From positions 1 to 58,198 of the IMG/VR virus record IMGVR_UViG_3300025723_000042: a stretch of 58,198 nt of DNA; one strand, given 5' to 3'. A program made the position numbers and the translations under genes. This DNA is from a virus (taxonomy: Duplodnaviria > Caudoviricetes). Under the pieces are notes generated by a model that searched no databases, was not told where the DNA came from, and worked only from the letters and a program-made list of their open reading frames with translations. Of this stretch, positions 7,848 to 16,297 are shown in pieces. The stretch's first letter is position 1. Each line of letters starts with the position of its first letter.

Positions 7848-8836
7848 CATATATTATAGTTGATACTGCTAACACATTTTTTCGTGCTAGACACGTAGTA
7901 CAAGGTAGTGCCGATATTAAACTTGGCATGGCGTTTCACATAACCTTTAACAGTATCAAAAAGGCTTGGCAAGACTTTGGCGGTACTCATGTAGTGTTCT
8001 GCCTCGAAGGTCGAAGCTGGCGTAAGGACTTTTATGCTCCTTACAAACGCAATCGACAAGAAACTCGTAGTGCTATGACACAAAAAGAACAGGATGAAGA
8101 CAAACTGTTCTGGGAAGCATTTGACGAGTTTAAGAATTTTATTACAGACAAGACAAACTGTACTGTAATGCAACATCCTAATTTAGAAGCAGATGATTTA
8201 ATTGCTGGCTGGGTACAAGCACATCCAGATGCCAAGCACGTTATTATTTCGACAGATGGCGATTTTGCACAATTAATTAGTAAAAATGTAAGTCAGTACA
8301 ACGGTGTAGGCGATTTACATATTACACACGAAGGAATCTTTGATGCCAAAGGTAAACCCGTTAAAGACAAAAAGACAGGCGAACCAAAGCCAGCGCAAGA
8401 TCCAGAGTGGATGTTATTCGAGAAATGCATGCGTGGTGATACCAGTGATAATGTCTTCTCGGCGTATCCAGGTGTGCGTACTAAAGGTTCTAAAAACAAA
8501 GTTGGTTTACTTGAAGCGTTCGAAGATCGTAACTCCAAAGGATATGCGTGGAACAATCTCATGTTGCAGAGATGGACTGACCATAATGGCGAAGAACACA
8601 GAGTTCTAGAAGACTATCAACGTAACGTCAAACTATGCGATTTAACAGCACAGCCAGACGATATTAAAGTTAAAATTAAAGAAACAATAGCTACCCATGC
8701 AGTGCCTAAAGATGTTACACAAGTTGGCATTCGTATGCTTAAATTTTGTAACGCATGGGACATGAAAAAGATTGCTGATAATATTCAGACATACGCAGAG
8801 CCTTTCCAGGCAAAATATCAAGGAGAAACAAAATGA
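7844..8836 (+). CDS. rnh: T4 RNase H-like 5'-3' exonuclease (FEN/PIN fold)
   Basis: IIVDTAN, SWRKDFYAPYKRNR, LEADDLIA, IISTDGDFAQL and the H3TH motif GDTSDNV...PGV. Confidence 0.88.
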   Translation: MTYIIVDTANTFFRARHVVQGSADIKLGMAFHITFNSIKKAWQDFGGTHVVFCLEGRSWRKDFYAPYKRNRQETRSAMTQKEQDEDKLFWEAFDEFKNFITDKTNCTVMQHPNLEADDLIAGWVQAHPDAKHVIISTDGDFAQLISKNVSQYNGVGDLHITHEGIFDAKGKPVKDKKTGEPKPAQDPEWMLFEKCMRGDTSDNVFSAYPGVRTKGSKNKVGLLEAFEDRNSKGYAWNNLMLQRWTDHNGEEHRVLEDYQRNVKLCDLTAQPDDIKVKIKETIATHAVPKDVTQVGIRMLKFCNAWDMKKIADNIQTYAEPFQAKYQGETK

Positions 8837-9027
8837 GTGCAATTTCAGACAAATTAGTTAAAGCAAACGAGAGTTTTACAATCAACCGTTACGATAACGG
8901 ATTTATGATTGAAGTAGGCGGACGTGACGACAACGACGATTGGAAAAGCGCCAAAGTTATTGTTGGTACAGAAGACGAACTAATCGATGCTATCAAAGAA
9001 GCATTATCCTTACCTTTGGCAGAATGA
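8833..9027 (+). CDS. hypothetical protein
   Basis: 64 aa; AGGAG RBS. Confidence 0.7.
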   Translation: MSAISDKLVKANESFTINRYDNGFMIEVGGRDDNDDWKSAKVIVGTEDELIDAIKEALSLPLAE

Positions 9028-9031
9028 GTGA

Positions 9032-9084
9032 GATAAATACGTATATTACTAGTGCGCCTTCGGGGCCTAGTAATTGTGTATACG
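9032..9084 (+). promoter_or_regulatory. late-type promoter (GATAAATA) followed by a C(UUCG)G hairpin
   Basis: GATAAATA at 9032-9039; ATTACTAG(9045-9052)/CTAGTAAT(9067-9074) stem around GCC-TTCG-GG. Confidence 0.55.
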
Positions 9085-9128
9085 AAATAACATGCCCACA
9101 TAAAATTACGGGGTGTAAGGAGAAAAAT

Positions 9129-9608
9129 ATGACAGAGATACATGCCAAGCCTATTGTGGATGGTAAGTTTTGGATTGTAGAACAAGATGGTTCTAAAATC
9201 GCAACACTACACAAAAAAGAAAATAACAAATTTGTACTGTCCAGTACAAATGGTGAAGTAATGTTTAACAAGAAGCAAGACCTCACTAAGCAATTTGGTT
9301 CAAACTTTTTCTTAACTAGTACTAAGGTTAAGGTTAGTCAATCAGAACCCAATGAATGCCACGGATATCCAACTAGCGTTAAGCCATATAACAGTATGTA
9401 TGATGTAAGACGCAAACTTCCTTTATTCACTAAAAGTAATGCTAGTAAGAGTTTGTATTGTGCTGGCTACTATACTATTAAATTTAATAAAGGCTGGGTT
9501 AAGAGCTTTTGTCCAAAGGTCATTACACTTGAACGTAATCCATTTAAAGGACCATTCAAAACTGAACTCGAAATGAAACAGGTACTTGCTAATGCAAAAT
9601 CCGATTAA
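9129..9608 (+). CDS. conserved-looking phage hypothetical protein
   Basis: The probable start is ATG 9129 after AAGGAG (MTEIHAKPIVDGKFWIVE); the longer upstream extension in the track is unlikely. Confidence 0.75.
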   Translation: MTEIHAKPIVDGKFWIVEQDGSKIATLHKKENNKFVLSSTNGEVMFNKKQDLTKQFGSNFFLTSTKVKVSQSEPNECHGYPTSVKPYNSMYDVRRKLPLFTKSNASKSLYCAGYYTIKFNKGWVKSFCPKVITLERNPFKGPFKTELEMKQVLANAKSD

Positions 9609-9837
9609 TACAGCACCTATTTCACAATTTGCTCAGTTAGTCAAAGCTGCCGAATTATCTCAAAGTAAAGAAGTTAAATTAACTATACAACAAGCTAGAT
9701 TAATTAATGTAGCATTAATTGAATTACTAGATAAAGTTAATCAAGACTATGAAACTATGTATAACGCATTAAAAAGTAATGCTGGTAATGAGGTAATTGC
9801 GGTAGCTGTAGACGGTGGTGGTTTTAAAGACAATTAA
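9592..9837 (+). CDS. hypothetical protein
   Basis: ATG 9592; ends VDGGGF. Confidence 0.7.
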   Translation: MQNPINTAPISQFAQLVKAAELSQSKEVKLTIQQARLINVALIELLDKVNQDYETMYNALKSNAGNEVIAVAVDGGGFKDN

Positions 9838-9873
9838 GGATAAATATATGCGTACATTACTTTGGACACGCAT

Positions 9874-10374
9874 ATGGAATTCAAACCTACTTGGTTGTAT
9901 ATTAAACAGCATAATATTACTGGTTTAAAATACTTCGGTAAAACTACTAGAAAAGATCCTAGCAAATATTTAGGATCAGGCATACGATGGAAAAATCATC
10001 TTCGTAAACACGGAGAAAATATTTCTACTATTTGGACAAAATTTTTTACAAATAAAGAAGATCTAGTATCTTTTGCTTTAACTTTTTCTAAAGAAAACAA
10101 AATAGTCGAATCCAACGAATGGGCGAATCTAAAACTTGAAGATGGATTAATGGGTGGAGATACCGGTATTACCGATATTGGTAGAGAAATACTGCGAGAA
10201 AAATCTTCGAGTAGAAAACATACGCCAGAAGCAATAGCTAAAATAAAACAAGCAAGAGCTAATCAAAAAAATCTAAGAACAGGTAAAAAACATTCGTACG
10301 AAACAATAGAAAAAATACGTGCCGCTCGTGCTTTACAAAAAAATGTAAAAGGAGTGATCCATGAGTCGGCCTAA
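9874..10374 (+). mobile_element. free-standing GIY-YIG homing endonuclease with NUMOD3-like repeats
   Basis: WLYIKQHNITGLKYFGKT..YLGSG..W..HL is a Seg-like GIY-YIG domain; RKHTPEAIAKIK and GKKHSYETIEKIR are NUMOD3-like. Confidence 0.85.
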
Positions 10375-10645
10375 ACCTAAAGTATTGTTAGAACACACTA
10401 ACAAAAGAACTTACAAATCTGAACAGATTTTGGAAGCAGAGGCCATTTGGGCAGTATTCTATAAAAACGAGCCTTTTAACCTAAAGTCGTTCAATAGTCT
10501 CACCTCTTATCCTGGACCTAAGTATAAAAAGGTCTCTTTCTCAAATCCTGGCCACGCACACAATCTTGCTAAAAAACTTAATCAACAATTTGGAACAGAA
10601 GATTTCCAAGTAGTTATGTTAACGCAAGGCACTATCATAAAATGA
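10361..10645 (+). CDS. conserved-looking phage hypothetical protein
   Basis: MSRPKPKVLLE...GPKYKKVSFSNPGHA; AGGAG RBS. Confidence 0.75.
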   Translation: MSRPKPKVLLEHTNKRTYKSEQILEAEAIWAVFYKNEPFNLKSFNSLTSYPGPKYKKVSFSNPGHAHNLAKKLNQQFGTEDFQVVMLTQGTIIK

Positions 10646-11049
10646 TAAACCGAGATGTACTAACCAAAATATTCTTACAACAATGGGGTAAGAGTATGGA
10701 CGATGCCAATATCAAACTATTCAGTCGTAAATGGTGGCAAAGTACAAGAGCAGGTAAACAAAATAACTTTCGACTAAGTGATGAAGGTTATGAATTTTTG
10801 GTAAAAGAATTGGATTTGAAAGAGTATGAAATTCCATTTACCGAACCAATCGAATTAAGTCCTCAAACATTAATATTTTTGGAAAGGTATGTAGACTGTC
10901 CTTACTACCTAACTCCGATGTCAATCACTGTCTTCTCAGAACGTAAAGGTTTTGAGCTAATGTTGTTTTCGGACGACATTAGAAAATTTGGTATAATAAA
11001 AGCCATGAATGAGCGAGAAAAAGAACTCGCTAGTCAAGATAACAGTTGA
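10642..11049 (+). CDS. hypothetical protein
   Basis: 135 aa; ATGA overlap with the previous gene. Confidence 0.7.
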   Translation: MINRDVLTKIFLQQWGKSMDDANIKLFSRKWWQSTRAGKQNNFRLSDEGYEFLVKELDLKEYEIPFTEPIELSPQTLIFLERYVDCPYYLTPMSITVFSERKGFELMLFSDDIRKFGIIKAMNEREKELASQDNS

Positions 11050-11074
11050 CATACAGACTAGTTTCCTATACAAT
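11046..11074 (+). promoter_or_regulatory. sigma70-type promoter
   Basis: TTGACA(11046-11051)-17 nt-TACAAT(11069-11074) upstream of the AAA gene. Confidence 0.75.
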
Positions 11075-11126
11075 ACATACTTACACAGCGTTATTTTAAA
11101 TAACATTTTTTTAGATAGGAACTAAA

Positions 11127-12215
11127 ATGCCAGAAATTTCAAGCCGTACAGTGGGCCCTAGCGGTGCTAAAAAGTCTTTGCGTAAGGCTTTTCAAAACAA
11201 GCGTCCAATCTTCCTTTGGGGCCCTCCAGGAATTGGCAAGTCAGATATTATTAAACAGCTTGGTGCTGAAACTGACTCTCACGTAATCGATGTACGTTTG
11301 AGTTTGTGGGAACCTACTGACATTAAAGGTATTCCATATTTTGACTCTAACGATAATACAATGCGTTGGGCTCCTCCTAGCGAATTGCCAAGCGCAGAAA
11401 TGGCAAAACAACACAAGAACATTATTTTGTTCTTGGACGAAATGAACTCTGCGGCGCCTAGCGTACAAGCCGCCGCTTATCAACTTATTCTTAATCGCCG
11501 TGTAGGCACATATCACTTGCCAGACAACGTTGTACTAGTTGCGGCTGGTAATCGTGAAACTGACAAGGGTGTTACATTCCGTATGCCTGCTCCGTTGGCT
11601 AATCGTTTTGTTCACTTGGAAATGACTGTTAACTGGGATGACTATTTTGAATGGGCTGTTGAAAACAAAGTCCACAAGGACGTAGTTGGCTTTTTGAGCT
11701 TCTCTAAAAAGAGCTTGTACGACTTTGATCCAAAGTCTAGCTCACGTGCGTTTGCTACTCCACGCTCTTGGAGTTTTGTAAGCGAATTGCTTACAGATGA
11801 TGATGTGGACACAGACACACTAACTGATTTGGTTTCAGGCTCAGTTGGCGAAGGTTTGGCAATCAGCTTTATGGCTCACCGTAAAGTTGCGTCTAAAATG
11901 CCTAATCCAACAGACATTTTGAGTGGCAAAGTTAAAAAGATGGATTCTAAAGAAATCTCAGCTATGTACTCTTTGACTGTGTCATTGTGCTACGAATTGA
12001 AGGATGCTTGCGAGAAGAAAGCTAAAAACTGGAATGAGCAAGTAAATAACTTCTTCGAATTTATGATGAATAACTTCGAAACTGAATTGGTTATTATGGG
12101 TACTAAATTGGCTTTGAGCACTTACAAGTTGCCATTGGATCCAGACGAGATCAAATGCTTCGATGATTTCCATGCTAAGTATGGACGCTTTATTGCCCAA
12201 GCTACTGAAAAGTAA
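11127..12215 (+). CDS. MoxR-like AAA+ ATPase
   Basis: Walker A GPPGIGKS, Walker B ILFLDEMN, sensor AAGN, Arg finger LANRF and TPRSW. Confidence 0.9.
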   Translation: MPEISSRTVGPSGAKKSLRKAFQNKRPIFLWGPPGIGKSDIIKQLGAETDSHVIDVRLSLWEPTDIKGIPYFDSNDNTMRWAPPSELPSAEMAKQHKNIILFLDEMNSAAPSVQAAAYQLILNRRVGTYHLPDNVVLVAAGNRETDKGVTFRMPAPLANRFVHLEMTVNWDDYFEWAVENKVHKDVVGFLSFSKKSLYDFDPKSSSRAFATPRSWSFVSELLTDDDVDTDTLTDLVSGSVGEGLAISFMAHRKVASKMPNPTDILSGKVKKMDSKEISAMYSLTVSLCYELKDACEKKAKNWNEQVNNFFEFMMNNFETELVIMGTKLALSTYKLPLDPDEIKCFDDFHAKYGRFIAQATEK

Positions 12216-12230
12216 TTGGTTTAGCACTAT

Positions 12231-12259
12231 TTGACAGGACCCTCGGGTCCTGTTATAAT
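12231..12259 (+). promoter_or_regulatory. consensus sigma70 promoter whose spacer is a palindrome
   Basis: TTGACA(12231-12236)-17 nt-TATAAT(12254-12259); ACAGGACC-CTCG-GGTCCTGT. Confidence 0.75.
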
Positions 12260-12284
12260 ATATACATACAGTAAAGGAGCATTC

Positions 12285-13469
12285 ATGTCACATACAGATC
12301 CAATTATCGACAAAATTATCGTAGCCCGTGTGGGTCTACTACTTCGCCATCCTTTCTTTGGTAATCTAGCAACACGTTTGAAAATCGAAGAAGGCTCCGA
12401 ATGGATGGGTACTGCCGCTACAGACGGACGTACTATTTACTTTAATCGAGAATTTTTTGAACCGCTTACAGTTAAGCAGGTTGAGTTTGTTATTGCTCAC
12501 GAAATTTTACATAATGTGTTTGATCACATGGGTCGTAGAGATCATCGTAATCCACGCATTTTTAACATTGCCGCTGACTATTGTGTAAACGGACAATTGG
12601 TACGTGATAGAATTGGTGAACATAATATCGAAGGTATTAAAATTTTCCATGATCCAAAATACTATGGTATGGGTGCGGAAGAAGTGTACGATAAAATCTT
12701 CGACGAAATGGACGAAGAAGAACTTAACCAGTTGGGTCAACTATTAGATGATCACATTGACTGGGGCGAGAACGGTAAAGACGGACAGCCAAAGTATACT
12801 AAAGAAGAATTGAAACAGATTCGTGACGAGATCCGCGAAGCTACAATGCAGGCTGCACAGGCCGCAGGTGCCGGTAATACTCCTGCTAGCGTACAGCGAA
12901 TGATTAAGGAACTTACAGAGCCTAAGATGAATTGGCGTGAAATTTTGCGTCAACAAATCCAAAGCACTATTAAGAACGACTATTCGTTTATGCGTCCTAA
13001 CCGCAAGGGCTGGCACATGAGTGCTGTATTGCCCGGAACCCAATTTCAAGAAACAATTGATATCTGTGTGGCAATCGACATGTCAGGTTCGATCGGTGAC
13101 GAACAAGCTAAAGACTTCTTAACAGAAATCAAAGGCATTATGGAAGAATATAAAGACTTTAAGATTAAAGTGTGGTGCTTTGATACTAAAGTCTATAACG
13201 AAGCCGACTTTGATGGATATAACATTGACGAGTTTGACAGTTACGAGCCAATGGGCGGTGGCGGAACTGAGTTCGATGCTAACTGGGAATACATGAAAGA
13301 AAATGATATTCAGCCTAAGAAGTTTATCATGTTTACTGACGGTTATCCTTGGGGTAGCTGGGGAGATGAATTTTACTGTGATACAGTATTCATTATCCAT
13401 GGCACTGATAAGATTGTTCCACCATTTGGAGAATATGCTTATTACGAGTTTGCTAAAGAGGCGGCGTAA
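12285..13469 (+). CDS. HEXXH metallopeptidase-like + vWA domain protein (DUF2201-like), MoxR partner
   Basis: TAATDG, IAHEILH, NIAADY; MIDAS IDMSGS, GGGGTEF and FTDGY. ATG 12285 after AAGGAG. Confidence 0.85.
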   Translation: MSHTDPIIDKIIVARVGLLLRHPFFGNLATRLKIEEGSEWMGTAATDGRTIYFNREFFEPLTVKQVEFVIAHEILHNVFDHMGRRDHRNPRIFNIAADYCVNGQLVRDRIGEHNIEGIKIFHDPKYYGMGAEEVYDKIFDEMDEEELNQLGQLLDDHIDWGENGKDGQPKYTKEELKQIRDEIREATMQAAQAAGAGNTPASVQRMIKELTEPKMNWREILRQQIQSTIKNDYSFMRPNRKGWHMSAVLPGTQFQETIDICVAIDMSGSIGDEQAKDFLTEIKGIMEEYKDFKIKVWCFDTKVYNEADFDGYNIDEFDSYEPMGGGGTEFDANWEYMKENDIQPKKFIMFTDGYPWGSWGDEFYCDTVFIIHGTDKIVPPFGEYAYYEFAKEAA

Positions 13470-13756
13470 TGGCATTAAAGAACGGCAAGCCCAATCCTTT
13501 GGATTATTTCGATTTACGGAGGGTTGAGGTTGCCTGCCCTCATTTTAAATATACGAATATAGACAAATATAATCCAACATTAATCAAATCTATCGATGCC
13601 TGGATACGTAAGAATCTAAATAATAGATATTATATAGGACAGGGACTTATGTTAGATAATACCAATACAATAATATATACAACACGTATTGGTTTTGAAT
13701 CAGAAAAAGAACTCAGTTTCTTCACAATTGCCTGTCCTTTTTTACAGACGAGATAA
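13469..13756 (+). CDS. hypothetical protein
   Basis: 95 aa; TAATG overlap. Confidence 0.7.
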   Translation: MALKNGKPNPLDYFDLRRVEVACPHFKYTNIDKYNPTLIKSIDAWIRKNLNNRYYIGQGLMLDNTNTIIYTTRIGFESEKELSFFTIACPFLQTR

Positions 13757-13787
13757 ATTATATACGTACTTTACAAAAGGAGATACT

Positions 13788-14048
13788 ATGACTGATACAG
13801 TACAACAACAACCAGGTGCAGAAGCACCTAGCACAGACTTAACAATTAACGATCTTAACGCAATGAAAGTTATCATCGATATTGCTAGTTCACGTGGCGC
13901 ATTTAAACCAAACGAAATGGTAGCAGTTGGCCAAACTTATACTAAGTTAACTACATTCTTAGAAACAGTTGCAGCACAACAATCTGCTCAGGCACCAACA
14001 GCACCAGCACAACCAACAGCACCAGCCGCACCAGCTACAGGAGCATAA
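13788..14048 (+). CDS. hypothetical protein with Ala/Pro/Gln-rich tail
   Basis: ATG 13788 after AAGGAG; LTINDL...IIDIASSRGAFK. Confidence 0.75.
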   Translation: MTDTVQQQPGAEAPSTDLTINDLNAMKVIIDIASSRGAFKPNEMVAVGQTYTKLTTFLETVAAQQSAQAPTAPAQPTAPAAPATGA

Positions 14049-14049
14049 T

Positions 14050-14658
14050 ATGGCCCAAGAACTAAAACACGTGGGCCGTGTTATTGCCACTAACAAAAAA
14101 TGCTTAGTGGCATATCGCACATTGCCTGGTGAAGCACATGCATGTTTAATCGTGCCAACCGAAAATATGCCTGACATCTACCACGATGCTATTATTAATC
14201 TAGTAGAAAGTCAAGCAGGACAAGCTTCATGGGAATTTGCTGAAGCGTTAGACCGTACTCAATTTCCAGATGGTTCACGTATGTTACCTTGGTTACATAT
14301 GAACAATCGATTGATTAAGGCTCCAACTAGTGCTATTGAAATGACACCAGTTCCTGGAACAGGAATCTTGTTAAGCGAGTTAAATCAAATTATTGCTGAA
14401 CAACGTGGTGTAGCGGTCGATGATCTAAGCCTTAAAGAAAGTTTAGATAAGAAGATTGAAGACAAAAAAGAAACAGCTACAGTACAAGAAACACCTGCTA
14501 TTGTACAAGCTGATGTCACTGTTAATCAACCTACTACATTCGATAGCCCAGACGAAGAAGCTAAATTCTATCGTAGTCAAGCCGACAAGCTAGCAAAAGA
14601 AGCCGCTAACTATCGCCGCAAGGCAGAGGAATTGGTTCCGACCAAGAAAAAAGTGTAA
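14050..14658 (+). CDS. hypothetical protein
   Basis: ATG 14050 after AGGAG (MAQELKHVGR). Confidence 0.75.
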   Translation: MAQELKHVGRVIATNKKCLVAYRTLPGEAHACLIVPTENMPDIYHDAIINLVESQAGQASWEFAEALDRTQFPDGSRMLPWLHMNNRLIKAPTSAIEMTPVPGTGILLSELNQIIAEQRGVAVDDLSLKESLDKKIEDKKETATVQETPAIVQADVTVNQPTTFDSPDEEAKFYRSQADKLAKEAANYRRKAEELVPTKKKV

Positions 14659-14979
14659 ATGACAAAAACGGGAAGACCGCTTCCCAAGGATGTCATAGAA
14701 CATTGGCCAGAAGTATTCGGTGAAGTACACTTAAATGTGTTACCTCTTAGGTATCTCCATACCGTTTTGGTCAATTTTAAAGACGGCAAGACTTGGGAAG
14801 TGAAAATAACAGCAAAAACTAAAAAAGAAGGTTGGGGTGCCTTTGAAAAGAATCTTGCAGAACTCTTCAAAACTTATGAATCGACTATTGATAATGTAGA
14901 TTTTAAGTTGGACACTGAACGTGTTCGTAAAGATATAGAAGCAAGTACTCAGAAATTTTTAAAGAAAAAGAAGTTATAA
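14659..14979 (+). CDS. hypothetical protein
   Basis: 106 aa; directly abuts the previous stop. Confidence 0.7.
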   Translation: MTKTGRPLPKDVIEHWPEVFGEVHLNVLPLRYLHTVLVNFKDGKTWEVKITAKTKKEGWGAFEKNLAELFKTYESTIDNVDFKLDTERVRKDIEASTQKFLKKKKL

Positions 14980-14982
14980 ATA

Positions 14983-15669
14983 ATGAATGTTAGATTACTT
15001 AGTTTCTCTCAACCAACAGAAGAGTTTGCATCAATGGGCATCGATGACGCACAAGAACTCATTGCGTATTGCGCCCGTGTGTCCAATCCTTCCAATCAGC
15101 TTAACACAGACACATCAGAAAAGCTCATACAGTATCTCGTCAAACACAAACACTGGAGCCCGCTCGAAATGGTTTCCGCTTGTCTCGAAATCACTACAAC
15201 TAGAGACATTGCCAGACAAATCCTTAGACACAGAAGCTTCAGCTTCCAAGAGTTCAGTCAGCGATATGCTGACCCTACTAAAGACTTGTCGTTTGTATTG
15301 CGAGATGCTAGAAAGCAAGACACAAAAAATAGACAAAACAGCATAGAGTTAGATATTCATAATAACGATGAAGATCGGTTTTTAGCATATCAATGGGAAA
15401 GAATGCAAGAGTTAGTAATTAAACAATCACGTGACGCTTATACGTGGGCCATTGAAAAAGGTATTGCTAAGGAACAAGCTCGTGCTGTACTACCAGAAGG
15501 TTTAATCGAAAGTCGTTTGTACATGAATGGTACGTTACGTAGTTGGGTACATTTTATAGAACTACGTAGTGCAAATGGTACTCAGAAAGAACACCAGGAA
15601 GTTGCTATTGCTTGTGCTAAAGTGATATCTGAGATTTTTCCGCTAGCCAACGAACTTCTAGCCAATTAA
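14983..15669 (+). CDS. thyX: FAD-dependent thymidylate synthase
   Basis: HWSPLE, ARQILRHRSFSFQEFSQRY (ThyX RHRx7S motif), EQARAVLP and GTLRSW.HFIELR. Confidence 0.95.
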   Translation: MNVRLLSFSQPTEEFASMGIDDAQELIAYCARVSNPSNQLNTDTSEKLIQYLVKHKHWSPLEMVSACLEITTTRDIARQILRHRSFSFQEFSQRYADPTKDLSFVLRDARKQDTKNRQNSIELDIHNNDEDRFLAYQWERMQELVIKQSRDAYTWAIEKGIAKEQARAVLPEGLIESRLYMNGTLRSWVHFIELRSANGTQKEHQEVAIACAKVISEIFPLANELLAN

Positions 15670-16297
15670 AATCATTTATCTTAGCAAGTGCCTCCTTATT
15701 GGAGGCATTTTTTTCTCCGTATTGTTTACCAGATAACGCACCTAAATAGGCATAAAATCCGTATTCAGCATTTTCATTTAGTGTACACCATGCGTCTAAT
15801 CTGATTAAAGATTCCTCGTTATTAGTTACTGCCAGTTTACAAGATTCTCTAAACGCACTACGCCAAGTACTAAATGGATCTGTATTAAATGCTGTAATGT
15901 TACTAATACTATCCATTGCTTTAAATTTAGTACTGATATTTGTAGTCATATCTATAGTACTAGTATCCATTTTTAATGTAAGCGATTTTGGTAATAATTT
16001 AACTCCGCCGTATCCATAACTCAAATTATTAACAGGATTTAAACTACGCCAAACATGTACTACATCTAAATCCCATTCGCTTACTTCATAATCAAAATTA
16101 AAATCGTTTAATATAACAGCATCCGCATCTACTACCCAAAACATTTTAGTAAATGATTTACGAGCGGCGGCAATATGAGCTTGGTGTATTCCTTCTACTC
16201 CGTGTACACGTTTTGCTAAAGGAAAGCGTTCTTTTAAACTGGCAAAGTTATCGTCGGCATCTGGCTCATTATAACTTATAAAGATTATATCATACAT
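15617..16297 (-). CDS. GT-A fold (GT2-like) glycosyltransferase
   Basis: DIIFISYNEP, RVHGVEGIHQAH, FWVVDAD (DxD), YGYGGVKL and WRSAFRE. Confidence 0.7.
   Translation of the reverse strand: MYDIIFISYNEPDADDNFASLKERFPLAKRVHGVEGIHQAHIAAARKSFTKMFWVVDADAVILNDFNFDYEVSEWDLDVVHVWRSLNPVNNLSYGYGGVKLLPKSLTLKMDTSTIDMTTNISTKFKAMDSISNITAFNTDPFSTWRSAFRESCKLAVTNNEESLIRLDAWCTLNENAEYGFYAYLGALSGKQYGEKNASNKEALAKINDFNWLEVRWLAEKSQISL
15689..15714 (+). terminator. Rho-independent terminator ending the + strand block
   Basis: TGCCTCC-TTATT-GGAGGCA followed by T7, 20 nt after the thyX stop. Confidence 0.75.

Noticed and set aside
8940-9128. N-terminal extension of the 222-aa ORF
   Set aside because: It overlaps the previous gene and a hairpin/promoter region; a strong RBS supports ATG 9129.
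12231-12284. TTG start of the vWA gene at 12231
   Set aside because: The TTG is the -35 box; AAGGAG supports ATG 12285.
13990-14040. Short GCACCA/CAACAGCACCAGC repeats
   Set aside because: They encode an Ala/Pro/Thr low-complexity tail; no sign of a separate element.
14975-14982. TATAAATA late promoter before thyX
   Set aside because: It abuts the ATG and includes the upstream stop codon, so a T4-type start site would fall inside the ORF; probably coincidental.
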